A model generated the notes under the pieces. The model was not told the origin of the DNA. It did not search any database and saw only the letters and a list, made by a program, of their open reading frames with translations. DNA of 63,920 bases, the filler included, from Halocafeteria seosinensis (lineage: Eukaryota), in NCBI GenBank assembly GCA_001687465.1. It is 4 parts of 4 records of this genome, joined end to end, with 100 filler letters (N's around TTAATTAATTAA, not from the genome) between each part and the next. Parts side by side here need not be neighbours in the genome. Positions count along the whole stretch, not along the records: positions 1 to 10,501 come from LVLI01000102.1; 3 more parts are not named here. One strand, 5' to 3'. Shown one piece after another: positions 1 to 10,601 of this stretch; the stretch's first letter is position 1; the number at the start of each line of letters is the position of its first letter. The translations under genes were made by a program, and so were the position numbers.

Positions 1-298
1 TTTGAATGTCCACTTCGGGTCGAGTGGCGGTCTCGGTACGTTCACGGCTGTCCATTGTGTCCTTATCAGAGATAAAGGGTAAGAAAACCATACAGAAAGA
101 AAGATTAACGATGATAATGCAATTTGATATGCTTGAATGTTCTTTAATTCCACTTTAATATGCTTAATAATGGGTTCACATTCTTCCTTCACAAAACTGG
201 CAAATTTCGAAATATCGGGGGCACAGGCGCTTTTTCCGGTGGTGCGCCCCCGCAAAACGTCGGGGGCAAAGTGCGGAAAAGGAAATATCCCAGCTCTG
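1..298 (-). mobile_element. Terminus of a hAT-like DNA transposon (second copy of the element starting at 27856)
   Basis: 1-298 is a near-identical reverse complement of 27856-28153. Similarity stops exactly at CAGAGCTGGG and the flanks differ. Truncated by the window start. Confidence 0.75.
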
Positions 299-995
299 AC
301 CGTGTGGTACGCGGCGAGTGAATGCCTGCATGGGTAGCTTCAATGTAACGATATGACGAATTCACGAACTTGTATTGTAGGCCTTGCAGTGGACAGTACA
401 TTGTAGTCTCCCGACTGGGGACCAGAGAAACCTCTACTGTGTAGTGGCAACCCATACATTGTACCGCCTGTTTCACGAAGTTCGTGTCTTTCTTGGCAAG
501 TTGAACTTTTGCGGAGCCATGTTTCACAAAGAACGTGTATTTCCGTTGAAAATGGTTCGTTTTACAGTTATTGGTGTGCAAATAAGCGTATTGGCCCTAA
601 TTCTCATTTGATGCCGTCGAAGTAACCTTGCTATGAGATACAGAGTGTATTGTATGTAACTCTGCGGCTTGATAACCGGCCCACGAGGATTCTTCGGGCT
701 GTCATTCTATTGAGCTGCAGATCCTCCTTGATGACGGCGTTGAAATCTCTGATAAAAGATAGGGAACTCTACACATCTAGGTCCTTTCGCAACTCATCGT
801 CTCTAGCACTTCTGCAGCTTGAAACGGCCGTAGGGCAAGAATAAGGCTCTAGTCACTTCACGTACTTACTCCTGAGTTCTCGTTTGGTGCGCTTCCGAGG
901 CAGATACCTATGAATATTCGTTACTTCAGTATAAAAGGGAAGTTCTGCATATCTTCCGGGTTTTTGGATGGATACGATGCGCTGCCTGGGGTGCG

Positions 996-2229
996 CTAGC
1001 ACTCTGGCAGTTCGTGACGTCCGATAGTAGCACGTTTCTGCGTAGCATTTTGTTTGTTAACTTTCGCGGAACTGAGTCTAGTTAAGGTAATTGTCCTAAT
1101 GTGTACGCGTTTCTGGGTTATGCTCGCTTTATAGATATATGTATATAACAAGAACTCGTGACCGCCACTGGTAAAACGGCGTGATGGCTTCTCGTCACCG
1201 CAAAAATACTGTGAGAAACCATCCAAGATGGAAAGAACAATTTTGTTTCGAATCCAACTGATGGCAAACCATGGTAAAGATGCTGTAGCTGCAGAAATGA
1301 GACCGGCAAATAAGTATGCTGGTCGCAAAGCCACCTTGGGGTTTAAGTCTTGGAGAAACCCCACGCCTGATGCCTTGTTTCGAGGGAAGTGTGCAAAGTC
1401 CTCAGGAAAACCGTCAAAGCATTCCCAACTAGAAGCTCTCAAAACATTGATCGGAATACGTTTTCCAGCTGAGTTCTTTTTCTCGCTTGTTGACGCAGTA
1501 GATTTAGTCTTCCTGTAGCTCTGGGAAAATACATGTAGGTCGAGTTCACTATCCAGGGAAAACGTGCTGTTGAGCACACCTTGCATTGTCTTCAGAAATA
1601 CATTTTCCGCTTCTTCTAGGGGTTGCTATAGTGGCATGTACGGCTTGCTTGAGTGCAAGAAAGGATTTAATACTGCTTATATCTTTCTCAAACGACTTTA
1701 ATTCAGTTGCATATCGTTCGTCACCCCAAATGAAGACAGCAACTACGGGAAAAACGCCAGTCTCGGTATTGTTGAGCGTCGTATCTCGTATCTCCTCTAA
1801 CCATCGGCAGACTTCTACTGTTGTATCATAACTGTCACCTGTATACTTTGCTGAAACAACAATGACATCGCTTTGTTGCAAGTAACCACCCAATGTTGTG
1901 CCTACAGTTCTTGGAGAGTCCATATCTCTCCACAAGAGAAGGGGTACTTGTTCGGCCTTTCCATTTTGCGCCGGTTGCGAGTGTTTGCTGTACTTGGATT
2001 CAACGTTGGTCGAGAGGGGCTGTGAAATGCGGATATCTTCCAGGGCAATTTCTGGTGGGGCATCCTTGACGCTGAGATCTCGAACACTTGTGACAACTAT
2101 TGAACTTTTCCGTTTTCGTTGTTTGCCTGAACTGTCGTCCACACTGACAAACCCAACTCCAGGAAGTGATTCATACATGTAGTCTCTTGAGAAGAAATCG
2201 TTGAAGATACTGTAATTCCTTCTTCCCAC
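996..2229 (-). pseudogene. Frameshifted, 5'-truncated copy of an unknown gene (paralog of 8570-9658)
   Basis: 1320-~2231 is nearly identical to 8570-~9466. Indels near 1585 and 1620 split the frame into ORFs 1549-2229 and 996-1586. Confidence 0.6.
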
Positions 2230-4316
2230 ATCACCCGGGGCCAGCTCAATCCAAATTCTTCAATCCGATTGAATTTAAGGCTCTGTGTTGCCGGATTGCA
2301 AAATCCTCAGATTCATCTGATACGCTATACACACTTTTTATGACTTCATACTGCGCGTTCTACTTCTTTGAATTCAGTTGCGATGAACTACGTTTGCCTC
2401 CTGACCGCGAGCAACTTTTTCTCTCGTATGTGTCCAAGTTTGCGCATTCTCTGTTCAACCGCTGTTGTCGTAGTATTTTACCTGAAGCAGTTAGTAGTTG
2501 CTCGACCCTCTTACATTCTTTGGAGCTTACGGTAAAATTTTGACATTTGCTACAGTATCCTGTGTTGTAATCGCAAGTGTCGTCTCCTCTGACTACGAGC
2601 ACTTCCGTTCTCTTTTGGGTCTATTGTATCTGTACCGGCACTACGAAAAAAAGAATGTATTGGAAAGGTTCCTATGGTATGTTTCGGGTAGTCAGGAAAC
2701 TTTGATTGTGCCTACAAACGGGCTCCTGGAGTTGGACGAGCCAGAATCGCTGGGGGGAGGTGCGACAGCGACTATCCCGTCTGTCTCAAATACGCAAGAG
2801 GGGCTATTGGACTCCGTAAAAGGGATAGTCCAGTCCATTACCGGAGGCTTAGTACTAGCGGAGTCTTTCGTGGTCTGTTGACACGATCTGTCACATATGT
2901 CTGTGTGTGTGTGTGACACGAGGAGTTAGCTCCTTTCTCCCAGAGTTGCGAGGGTTGGCGCACATATAGCAGCTAACGCACCAGTTCCTCGGAGAAAGTG
3001 AATCGTATCCATTTCATGGGAATACCTGGTTTTGTGGTTCTTCAGAGGTGTCCTGCTCCATCGAGGAGTCCCAATTCCCGTAACTAGCTACAACGACAGT
3101 CATAACCTCATCAATATTTACTAGACGTGACTCCACAGTGACCCGAGGATTGGTACTCCGTTTTGGGAAGATGATCCAGTATCTTCATGTCTCTTTATCC
3201 ATTCTAATCTTAATCTGTAGGCGTAGGGCTACTTGCAGTTCTTAGCGAGCTAAAGAAGCTTTCAGGACCCAGCCGTAATCAAGGCTGCTCCTGACACGTT
3301 TTTGAGAACAGACCCGCGAGCCTTTGAGGCCAACTGTTCCAGCTAAGTGTACCCAATCAGCCAGTCGTTGTAAGTTATTTTTTAAAATTGAAAACCCTTT
3401 ACTTTATGGGGAAGAAATGAGTGCATCTTGAGCGTTTGCTCCCAATATTGTATCTATCTTTCGGTGTTATCCACTGCTTCGGAACATTCAGCAAGGTTGC
3501 TTAACTGGGGACAGCTTTTGGAAGATACTTGAGCTCTGATAGCGGAAAATGGCGGTCCGACTTTCCGAAGCAAGCGACAGAAATACCGCAGACTATGCAG
3601 CGGCGTCAAGATATGCATATTGGTGCATCTGCGGTCGAAAAGGACGATAGTTCCTAAAGGCATACCACACCGACAACGTGACCCAATTGTCGATTCTGCA
3701 GAGTTCCATCTTGCGGAGATCCTTTCATCTCTACACTGAATGCGGAAAAGATTTTATTCCGTATTCCCTTCTTGAGGGGGTGTGAGATATACAGTATTTT
3801 CAAGCATAACACTGCTGAAGCGTGCTACGGGGAAGTCCATCTTCTGCTGAACTAACCGCGTTTGTTCCTTCCCTCTATCCCTCTGCGATGCATCTTTCCA
3901 ACATATCAGAACAATCATACATACCGAATTAAACATACACTCACATCTGCGTTTCCGGAACTGATTGTAACTCGGTGTCGTCTTGCTCCCAGCTCCACCG
4001 GCTCAGCGGCATCCACACGACGAGAGACTGAGCTACTCTTCAGCCTCGAATTCAACGTGTGAAAGTTCGACGAATGAATTACTGTAGACCGTATCTAGCG
4101 CGGCTTCCAAAGTACTTTTTTATGGATTCTCTTTGCTCGATGTTTTAAATGAGCATTGTAAATCCTTTCGACGTATGCAGAGCCGTGTCAGCCATTCATC
4201 GTCATACGAAGTGTACAGTGTACCAGAGGTCTGTGTAGGCGCCTAGACATACGGTACAACTGTGCAAGTATGTACACACACGGTGGAACAGACTCATAAG
4301 AATCCGACACACACAA

Positions 4317-7300
4317 ATGTGACAGATAGCCCACCGGCCGAATCCGAACGGGCTCGGTGTACGCTCCACCCACAGCACTGATTTTACCACGGCCTAAAAG
4401 TAGCAGATAGTATTCGCGTAGCCTTCACGAAACTATATTCCATATTCAGATGCACAACGGCATTCTACCATGTGTACCTCGCTTCTTTTCCCAAGCATCT
4501 ACTTGAAGTACTGTGAACTTCCAAACTACAAAAAAGGCTCTACGGGGATAACAATCTCGCTTCAATTCAAATTGTTCAATGCAATGAATGCTGTCTGGCA
4601 TTGATGGTGCAAGGGTTGTAAAGGAGCATGTTATTTTGTTCCCTTTGGTAGCTTCAGTTCTTTCTGTGTGTTGTTTCATAATACATTTACAGTAGGTTGT
4701 ATTAACCTGTCTGTGTAAGTGTATACAAACAGATGCTAGATAAAGTTTATTAACACCGTTTGTAGGAGACGATGCCGAAGAAAAGAGCTTCTAATACTAG
4801 TACGGCCGCTACAAGACGCCCCAATACCAGACAAGCAGCTAATGAGATCCGTCAGACCCAGAAAAGAGGCCGTTCAGGGGAATCGGGGACTCAAAAAGGG
4901 TCCGCGAAGGCATCGTACAACAAGCAACGGCAAGCGTCTACAGACACAACTGGTAGTGTGGCACAATTGGGACAGCAACATAAGGCTTGTGGACAACAGG
5001 CGTCTGCCGTGGCGAGCTCTTCCTCCGTGGAGGGGAAAGCGAGCGGCTCGTCGGCTTCCAGAGCGAAAAAAGGAAGGCCCAACGCTAGTAAAAGTGTACC
5101 GGAAGCCAATTACACCGGTAGTACCGCTAAAGGAGAACTAGCGATACCATCTTGGCCTACCCAGGAGGAAGAGGGGAATAGATTAAACCAAGAATATGAA
5201 GCTGAACTGGTACAGTCTCGTGGAAACTGTTCTAGCAGTGAACAATCGGGGACTGATGCAAGGCACTCTTCAGAGGGGGCTGATGACACAACGCCTGGCA
5301 GTGCGAGCAAGGATGATATGGGAGAGAGTAAGGAGATCATGATAGTAGAGAGAGTACTGTAGTGCGTATTTATGCTTGCAAACGCAGGCTTCTTCGAGTG
5401 GACGAAGCGAATGCTACCTGTGTTCAGAGTCCCAGTGCCGGAACAACAAAAAACGCTAGAGTTTTTGGAAGGAGTTGGATATGAATGGGGACACGATTCA
5501 TTGGCTACAAAAAAGGGAGCGAAGCTTATTTTCAAGAAATACATAAGCGACAAGGATGACCAAGTCCTTCTTGCATCCGCAGCCTATAATGCAAATATGG
5601 CGCATTCAGGTAGGTGAACGTCGGTAGTTTTTACCGTTGACTCTTGCTACTGGGGTTTTATTCGTCCTTCACCATAATGTTGTTTTGTCTTGTATTGCGT
5701 TGTTGCTTGTTTGCAGGAGGCGGCGGTGCGGCTTCAAGCTCTGCTGCTCCAGGTAAGTAGACACTCAAAACCGATAGCAGACGTTCCTGTGTGTGTATCA
5801 CTTTGTTGCTTGTTTGCAGGAGCCGGCGGTGCAAGCTCAAGTTCTGCTGCTGTAGGTAAGTGTTGTCTTGTCTTGTATTGCTTTGTATGCCTCGTCTTAG
5901 TCCCTTTGCTTGCAGCTGCCGGAGCGAGTAAGAATCTACGGGAAACAGATACAGACTCTGCACTGCAAGCATTTATAGAAGGCTTTTCTGCGGTGCGAAT
6001 GACGAACGCAGCGGCTAACGAACAATTATCCGCTGGTTGTGTGCTAACATTTCCAACAAAGTTATTTAACTCTGAAAACTTTACCGATAAACTGTATATT
6101 CGGCACACGTATATCGACGTAGCCCAATTGATCTTCTCGAATTACTATGCCAACGGAGACACGGCGATGCAGGCAAAGGCCCAAAATGCTCTGCAACACA
6201 TTGGATGCAGCTTAGACGCGGAAGAAAAGGATCTTCCGAAGACTTGCTTGATATTTAGTGGAAGCCCTGGAATCGGAAAATCGGCCTGTATTGCTTTTAT
6301 AGCGTTCGTCTGCAACAAAGCGAACATTCCATTTGCTTTGGTAGGCCACTCCACAGGATCTTTCGAAGGTCGGGCCGATTATGGAAACGACTATCGTGAT
6401 AAAATTTTTCTTCTAGACCATGATAATAACATGTATTTCGGGTGCAACACTGTCATTTTTACATCTCCGAATACAGAAAGACTAATACGTTGGAGAGACA
6501 TTGGTCCAGCACCAGCCGCGAACCAAATGATGTTCATGAACGTTTGGAGCAGTGATGAATTGAAGGATTTCGCAAAAAGTTGCTATACAGAAGAGCGCGT
6601 GGCTATGCTGGATGTGCTGTACATGCATTTGGGCGGAAGCCCTCGGCACGTGATACCGCCAGCGTGGGTGAAGAAGGACAAAATGCATGATTACATAGAG
6701 GAAACCATTGGGCCTAGACTAAACACGATTAAGGACGAGGATAGCTTAAATGGGGCACTTACTGGTGAACTTAAGAAAAGTGATGGGAAGATGTCTCATG
6801 TTTTGATTCACTATGTAACTCCCTTAGGGAAGAACGTTTGCAGCCACAAGGATCTAACTTACATGCCTGCCTCGTCGTACATAGCCAAGAAACTCGCTGA
6901 CAAAGCACAAAGGATGCTAGGTATGAAACGGATGTATTAATTTCTACTTCTTCAAAACAATCCAAAGGCGGCTGTTCTCCTTGGACGCCTATACGAACCT
7001 ATTGCTGTTGAACAACTGTGCTCTAAGTGACTTGCAATGGCCAAAAACAGGAAAGGCAGGTACCTAGGTGAACGCAAGCGCGCTCCTCCAGGTACATTGA
7101 AACCAGGTGGGGTGCCCGATAATGGATTTGTCCCTGTTGACTTTTTTGGCATTTCTGACTTGGGTAAAGAATCCTTAGTGAATGCCGGTGATGACGACTT
7201 GCTAATTCCTGGAGATAGTACTTTTCCAGTGGGTGACGTAGTTCGCCGAGGGATGCATCGTAGTTTTCTCGTGGATCTCTACCAAGCCACTGTGGCCCAT

Positions 7301-7662
7301 GAGCATCCAATTTCGTATCTCGGTCTACAGCAAATAGCTGAAGCCGTCCGCAGTGCTATGGGACTTCATGAGAATGCGTCAGTGGGCATTCGTTTATTCT
7401 TCTGCGTGCCTCCTGAACGCTACAGGCAGTTCAAAAAGCAAGAAGTAAAGGAAGGAACGGCGGTTGTTGAATGTCCCCCCCAACGTTGTTTTGGAGCAGT
7501 TTTGTCTAGAAGTACCAATACCCAATAGTCCGATTCTAGACAAGGCAAGTCTCTAGTAATAGAAAACCTTCAATATATGTCTACAACACACACGGGACAA
7601 AACGCCCGCTCGTCGTTAAGGGGATGCGGTCAACTCCCCGGCCGGTGGGCTATCTGTCACAT
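4317..7662. mobile_element. Candidate TIR-bounded element carrying a Crinkler-like gene
   Basis: ATGTGACAGATAGCCCACCGGCCG (4317-4340) is the exact reverse complement of CGGCCGGTGGGCTATCTGTCACAT (7639-7662). One gene lies between them. Outer 8-mers ACACACAA and AGGCACAA match at 6/8. Confidence 0.55.
4772..7528 (+). pseudogene. Crinkler/RHS (CR)-type P-loop NTPase plus PD-(D/E)xK-like nuclease, spliced, with two in-frame stops
   Basis: Motifs IFSGSPGIGKS (Walker A), MNVWSSDEL, LGGSPRHV, SHVLIH, ASSYIA, GRLYE, FPVGD...LYQATVAHEHPI, LFFCVP..Y..F..Q. Frame-preserving introns 5328-5387, 5610-5716, 5753-5819, 5856-5915. Stops TAA 6938-6940 and TGA 7028-7030 lie in an otherwise continuous frame. 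Confidence 0.75.
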
Positions 7663-7914
7663 AGGCACAATTACACAATTTTTGTCCAGACGGGACACTG
7701 TCCCACCTCCCATTCCCATCCCACGGGCCTATCCTCTCAATAGACGCTGATGCAGGCGATACTTTCATCCGATCTTCGTTATAGCTTAAAGACGGTCCTG
7801 TAAGAAATACACTGGGGGCACTGATTCTTCCGGTAGGACGTATACAATACACACGGCACGGACCCACCTCCCACTCTCTGAATCTGTAGTGTACTTATGG
7901 TCTACCGGGTTTTG

Positions 7915-8336
7915 CTACAACTACTGGTACTTACATCCCAAGTGAATCAGTAACAGGAAGCGGTGGAAATGTAGTTGAGGAAGGGCATGAAGAACGAAAG
8001 GAGGAAGAAAGCGATGATGAAAGAGATATAAATGAACTTTCTCGTAATGAATTTGAGAATATTGAATTAGCTAATAATCGTCAATTTGGTCAAGTAATTG
8101 GAAAAAGCAAAGTAGAAGACTTTCGGTTTGAGTTTATAAATAGAGATGAAGAATCAGGAATGATTCGTGTAGACTTCGCAACAAGAACAAAAAAAGGTTT
8201 AATAAGAAACAGTTATTTTTATGAACCAAGTAGTGGTGAAATATTTACCGCACAGGGAAATAAAGTAGGACAATGGGGACGTAAAGAAATTGGTAAAAAA
8301 CTTAGAAATGTTGCTAACAAAAGGTCAAAATCGTAA
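7915..8336 (+). CDS. 5'-truncated AT-rich viral-like ORF (about 140 aa, acidic then basic)
   Basis: Open frame ATTTGTYIPSESVTGSGGNVVEEG...KKLRNVANKRSKS*, absent from the ORF track because it has no early start codon. AT-rich and intronless, directly upstream of the ATPase stub. Confidence 0.6.
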
Positions 8337-8410
8337 AAGCTACAAGTCAGATTATTTAATCTTCTTTTGAAGTCGTTTAGATGGTTTTCCTTAAGAAAGC
8401 ATCTATTTTA

Positions 8411-8439
8411 AATTTATCTATAGAATATAAGTAGATAAT
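8411..8439 (+). promoter_or_regulatory. Possible viral late-promoter-like TCTA motif in AT-rich context
   Basis: AATTTA-TCTA-TAGAATATAAGTAGATAAT-ATG, with 19 nt between TCTA (8417-8420) and the ATG. Resembles the CroV/mavirus late motif. Confidence 0.3.
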
Positions 8440-8570
8440 ATGCCTTTAGAATTTGATTTGTTTTCAGGAAAACAAGGTGAAGCTCAAGACGAGAAGAAAA
8501 TTCCGGAAGAACTTCACTTCCCCTTCCGTTTTTGTATCGTGGGGAGTACCGGTTCGGGTAAGACCACGTT
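8440..8570 (+). pseudogene. N-terminal stub of an A32/FtsK-HerA-type packaging ATPase (virophage/Polinton-like virus)
   Basis: MPLEFDLFSGK...HFPFRFCIVGSTGSGKTTL. The PFR-hydrophobic-GxxGSGKT pattern is typical of these ATPases. From 8570 the DNA switches to the duplicated host segment. Confidence 0.7.
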
Positions 8571-9658
8571 GGTCGCAAAGCCACCTTGGGGTTTAAGTCT
8601 TGGAGAAACCCCACGCCTGATGCCTTGTTTCGAGGGAAGTGTGCAAAGTCCTCAGGAAAACCGTCAAAGCATTCCCAACTAGAAGCTCTCAAAACATTGA
8701 TCGGAATACGTTTTCCAGCTGAGTTCTTTTTCTCGCTTGTTGACGCAGTACATTTAGTCTTCCTGTAGCTCTGGGAAAATACATGTAGGTCCAGTTCACT
8801 ATCCAGAGAAAATGTGCTGTTGAGCACACCTTGCAGAAATACATTTTCCGCTTCTTCTAGGGGTGCTATAGTGACATGTACGGCTTGCTTGAGTGCAAGG
8901 TAGGATTTAATACTGCTTATATCCTTCTCAAACGACTTTAATTCAGTTGCATATCGTTCGTCACCCCAAATGAAGACAGCGACTACGGGAAACACGCCGG
9001 TCTCAGTATTGTTGAGCGTCGTATCTTCTATCTCCTCTAACCATCGGCAGACTTCTACTGTTGTATCATAACTGTCACCTGTATACTTTGCTGAAACAAC
9101 AATGACATCGCTTTGTTGCAAGTAACCACCCAATGTTGTGCCTATAACTCTTGGAGAGTCCATATCTCTCCACAAGAGAAGGGGTACTTGTTCAGCCTTT
9201 CCATTTTGCGCCGGTTGCGAGTGTTTGCTGTACTTGGATTCAACGTTGGTCGAGAGGGGCTGTGAAATGCGGATATCTTCCAGGGCAATTTCTGGTGGGG
9301 CATCCTTGACGCTGAGATCACGAACACTTGTGACAACTATTGAACTTTTCCGTTTTCGTTGTTTGCCTGAACTGTCGTTCACACTGGCAAACCCAACTCC
9401 AGGAAGTGATTCATACATGTAGTCTCTTGAGAAGAAATCGTTGAAGATAATTCCTTCTTCCCACATCGACTGCACGCTTACAGTGCCGTTGATGGCCGAT
9501 TCCTCCTCGTCCATCAGCAGCTGTCCCCTCCTGCCGCATTGACATAGATCCGCCCTCCAACACCTGCAGCACGAACGATGAGAGTCTTCATAGCCGGTGT
9601 ATGTGTATTCAAGCACACGCTTGCTTGATGAGGCGGAGGCCATCCTTCCGAATTGCAT
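8570..9658 (-). CDS. Unknown protein, 3'-truncated by the viral fragment
   Basis: ORF 8414-9658. The part below 8570 is read-through into the antisense strand of viral DNA. Paralog at 1320-2231. Confidence 0.45.
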
Positions 9659-9976
9659 TGAATACAGTGTCGAAGCCTACTCCCGGTCTCGTTGGGGCCG
9701 AGTGTGGTTACTCTCTTCTATGAGAGAGTAATGAACGCATGCAAAAGTCATAGTATGCTGCAACCAGAACATGGGTACCAGTGAACTTCACATTGCCAGA
9801 AAAGTTGGCGCGCCAGAAATTACTGGCAAGTTCGCCACGTAGCGTAGAAGGCGCCAAAATTTAACAGTACTTTTTTCGCTACTCTCTTATTCGTTTAGTT
9901 TCATTGAAAAAGCTGCCCGATTCCCCTGTTTTCAGTGCGTTTCGTGAGCGTGTTCACCACCAATATCATCCGCAAA

Positions 9977-10325
9977 ATGGACAGAAAGATTGCTCGGTTT
10001 TCCATCTGCTGGCGTAGCTTCAACCTGACCCGAGTCGCAAAACTCTCCGCTGCCTCATAATTCAGTCAGTTGCAGTTTGCACGCAACCTCTGAATTCAGG
10101 GTAGAAAAACGAATCATAAATCTGGCCGCAGCGCCAAGATTGCCTCAGCTTATGGCAACAATGAGAAAGAAGCGTTCTTGTACAAAAGATACTTTGCGAC
10201 CGCCACGCGATTCAAAAGGAGACCCCAATGATTCTATGATAAAAGCGCTAGTCTCAAACAACAACAAGCTGTGCAAAGGAAAGAAGCATGTCAAAGTGTA
10301 TTCCGCAAGTGGATTCCGAAAATAA
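9977..10325 (+). mobile_element. Possible decayed hAT transposase fragment
   Basis: Frameshifted DRKIARF..AGVAFN resembles hAT IARFF..GIPFN, followed by KRIINL. Weak, by-eye similarity. Confidence 0.3.
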
Positions 10326-10501
10326 GTCCTTTAGACAGAGTATTTAGGACGCCAAAAGTAATTTCCGCAACTGCGGGGTTCACAAAGTATCCCAGGAAAT
10401 GAACAGAGCTCTCGGGCTATTCAGTGGACACGTAGATGTAAAAAACTCATTGCGGAAAGACAATAATAAACATGTTGTCAATTTGTACTATTTCTATGCT
10501 G

Positions 10502-10601
10502 NNNNNNNNNNNNNNNNNNNNNNNNNNNNNNNNNNNNNNNNNNNNTTAATTAATTAANNNNNNNNNNNNNNNNNNNNNNNNNNNNNNNNNNNNNNNNNNN
10601 N
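10502..10601. other. Artificial contig spacer
   Basis: 100 nt of N containing TTAATTAATTAA (stops in all frames). Confidence 0.97.

Noticed and set aside
2232..3350. Decayed coding-like sequence with CDYNTGYCSKC
   Set aside because: Many stops and no family recognisable by eye.
3454..4062. LHSLR as a tyrosine-recombinase motif
   Set aside because: Only a short match in broken frames, with no other catalytic residues identifiable.
6938..7030. Alternative genetic code or stop readthrough
   Set aside because: Conserved genes in the window end at TAA, TAG and TGA and have no internal stops.
7590..7705. GGGACA/TGTCCC motifs resembling the viral iterons
   Set aside because: Few hexamers and no AT-rich core; could be chance.
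10502..10601. TTAATTAATTAA inside N runs (also 28759 and 59201) as a biological motif
   Set aside because: Identical 100-nt spacers are concatenation linkers, so no synteny can be inferred across them.
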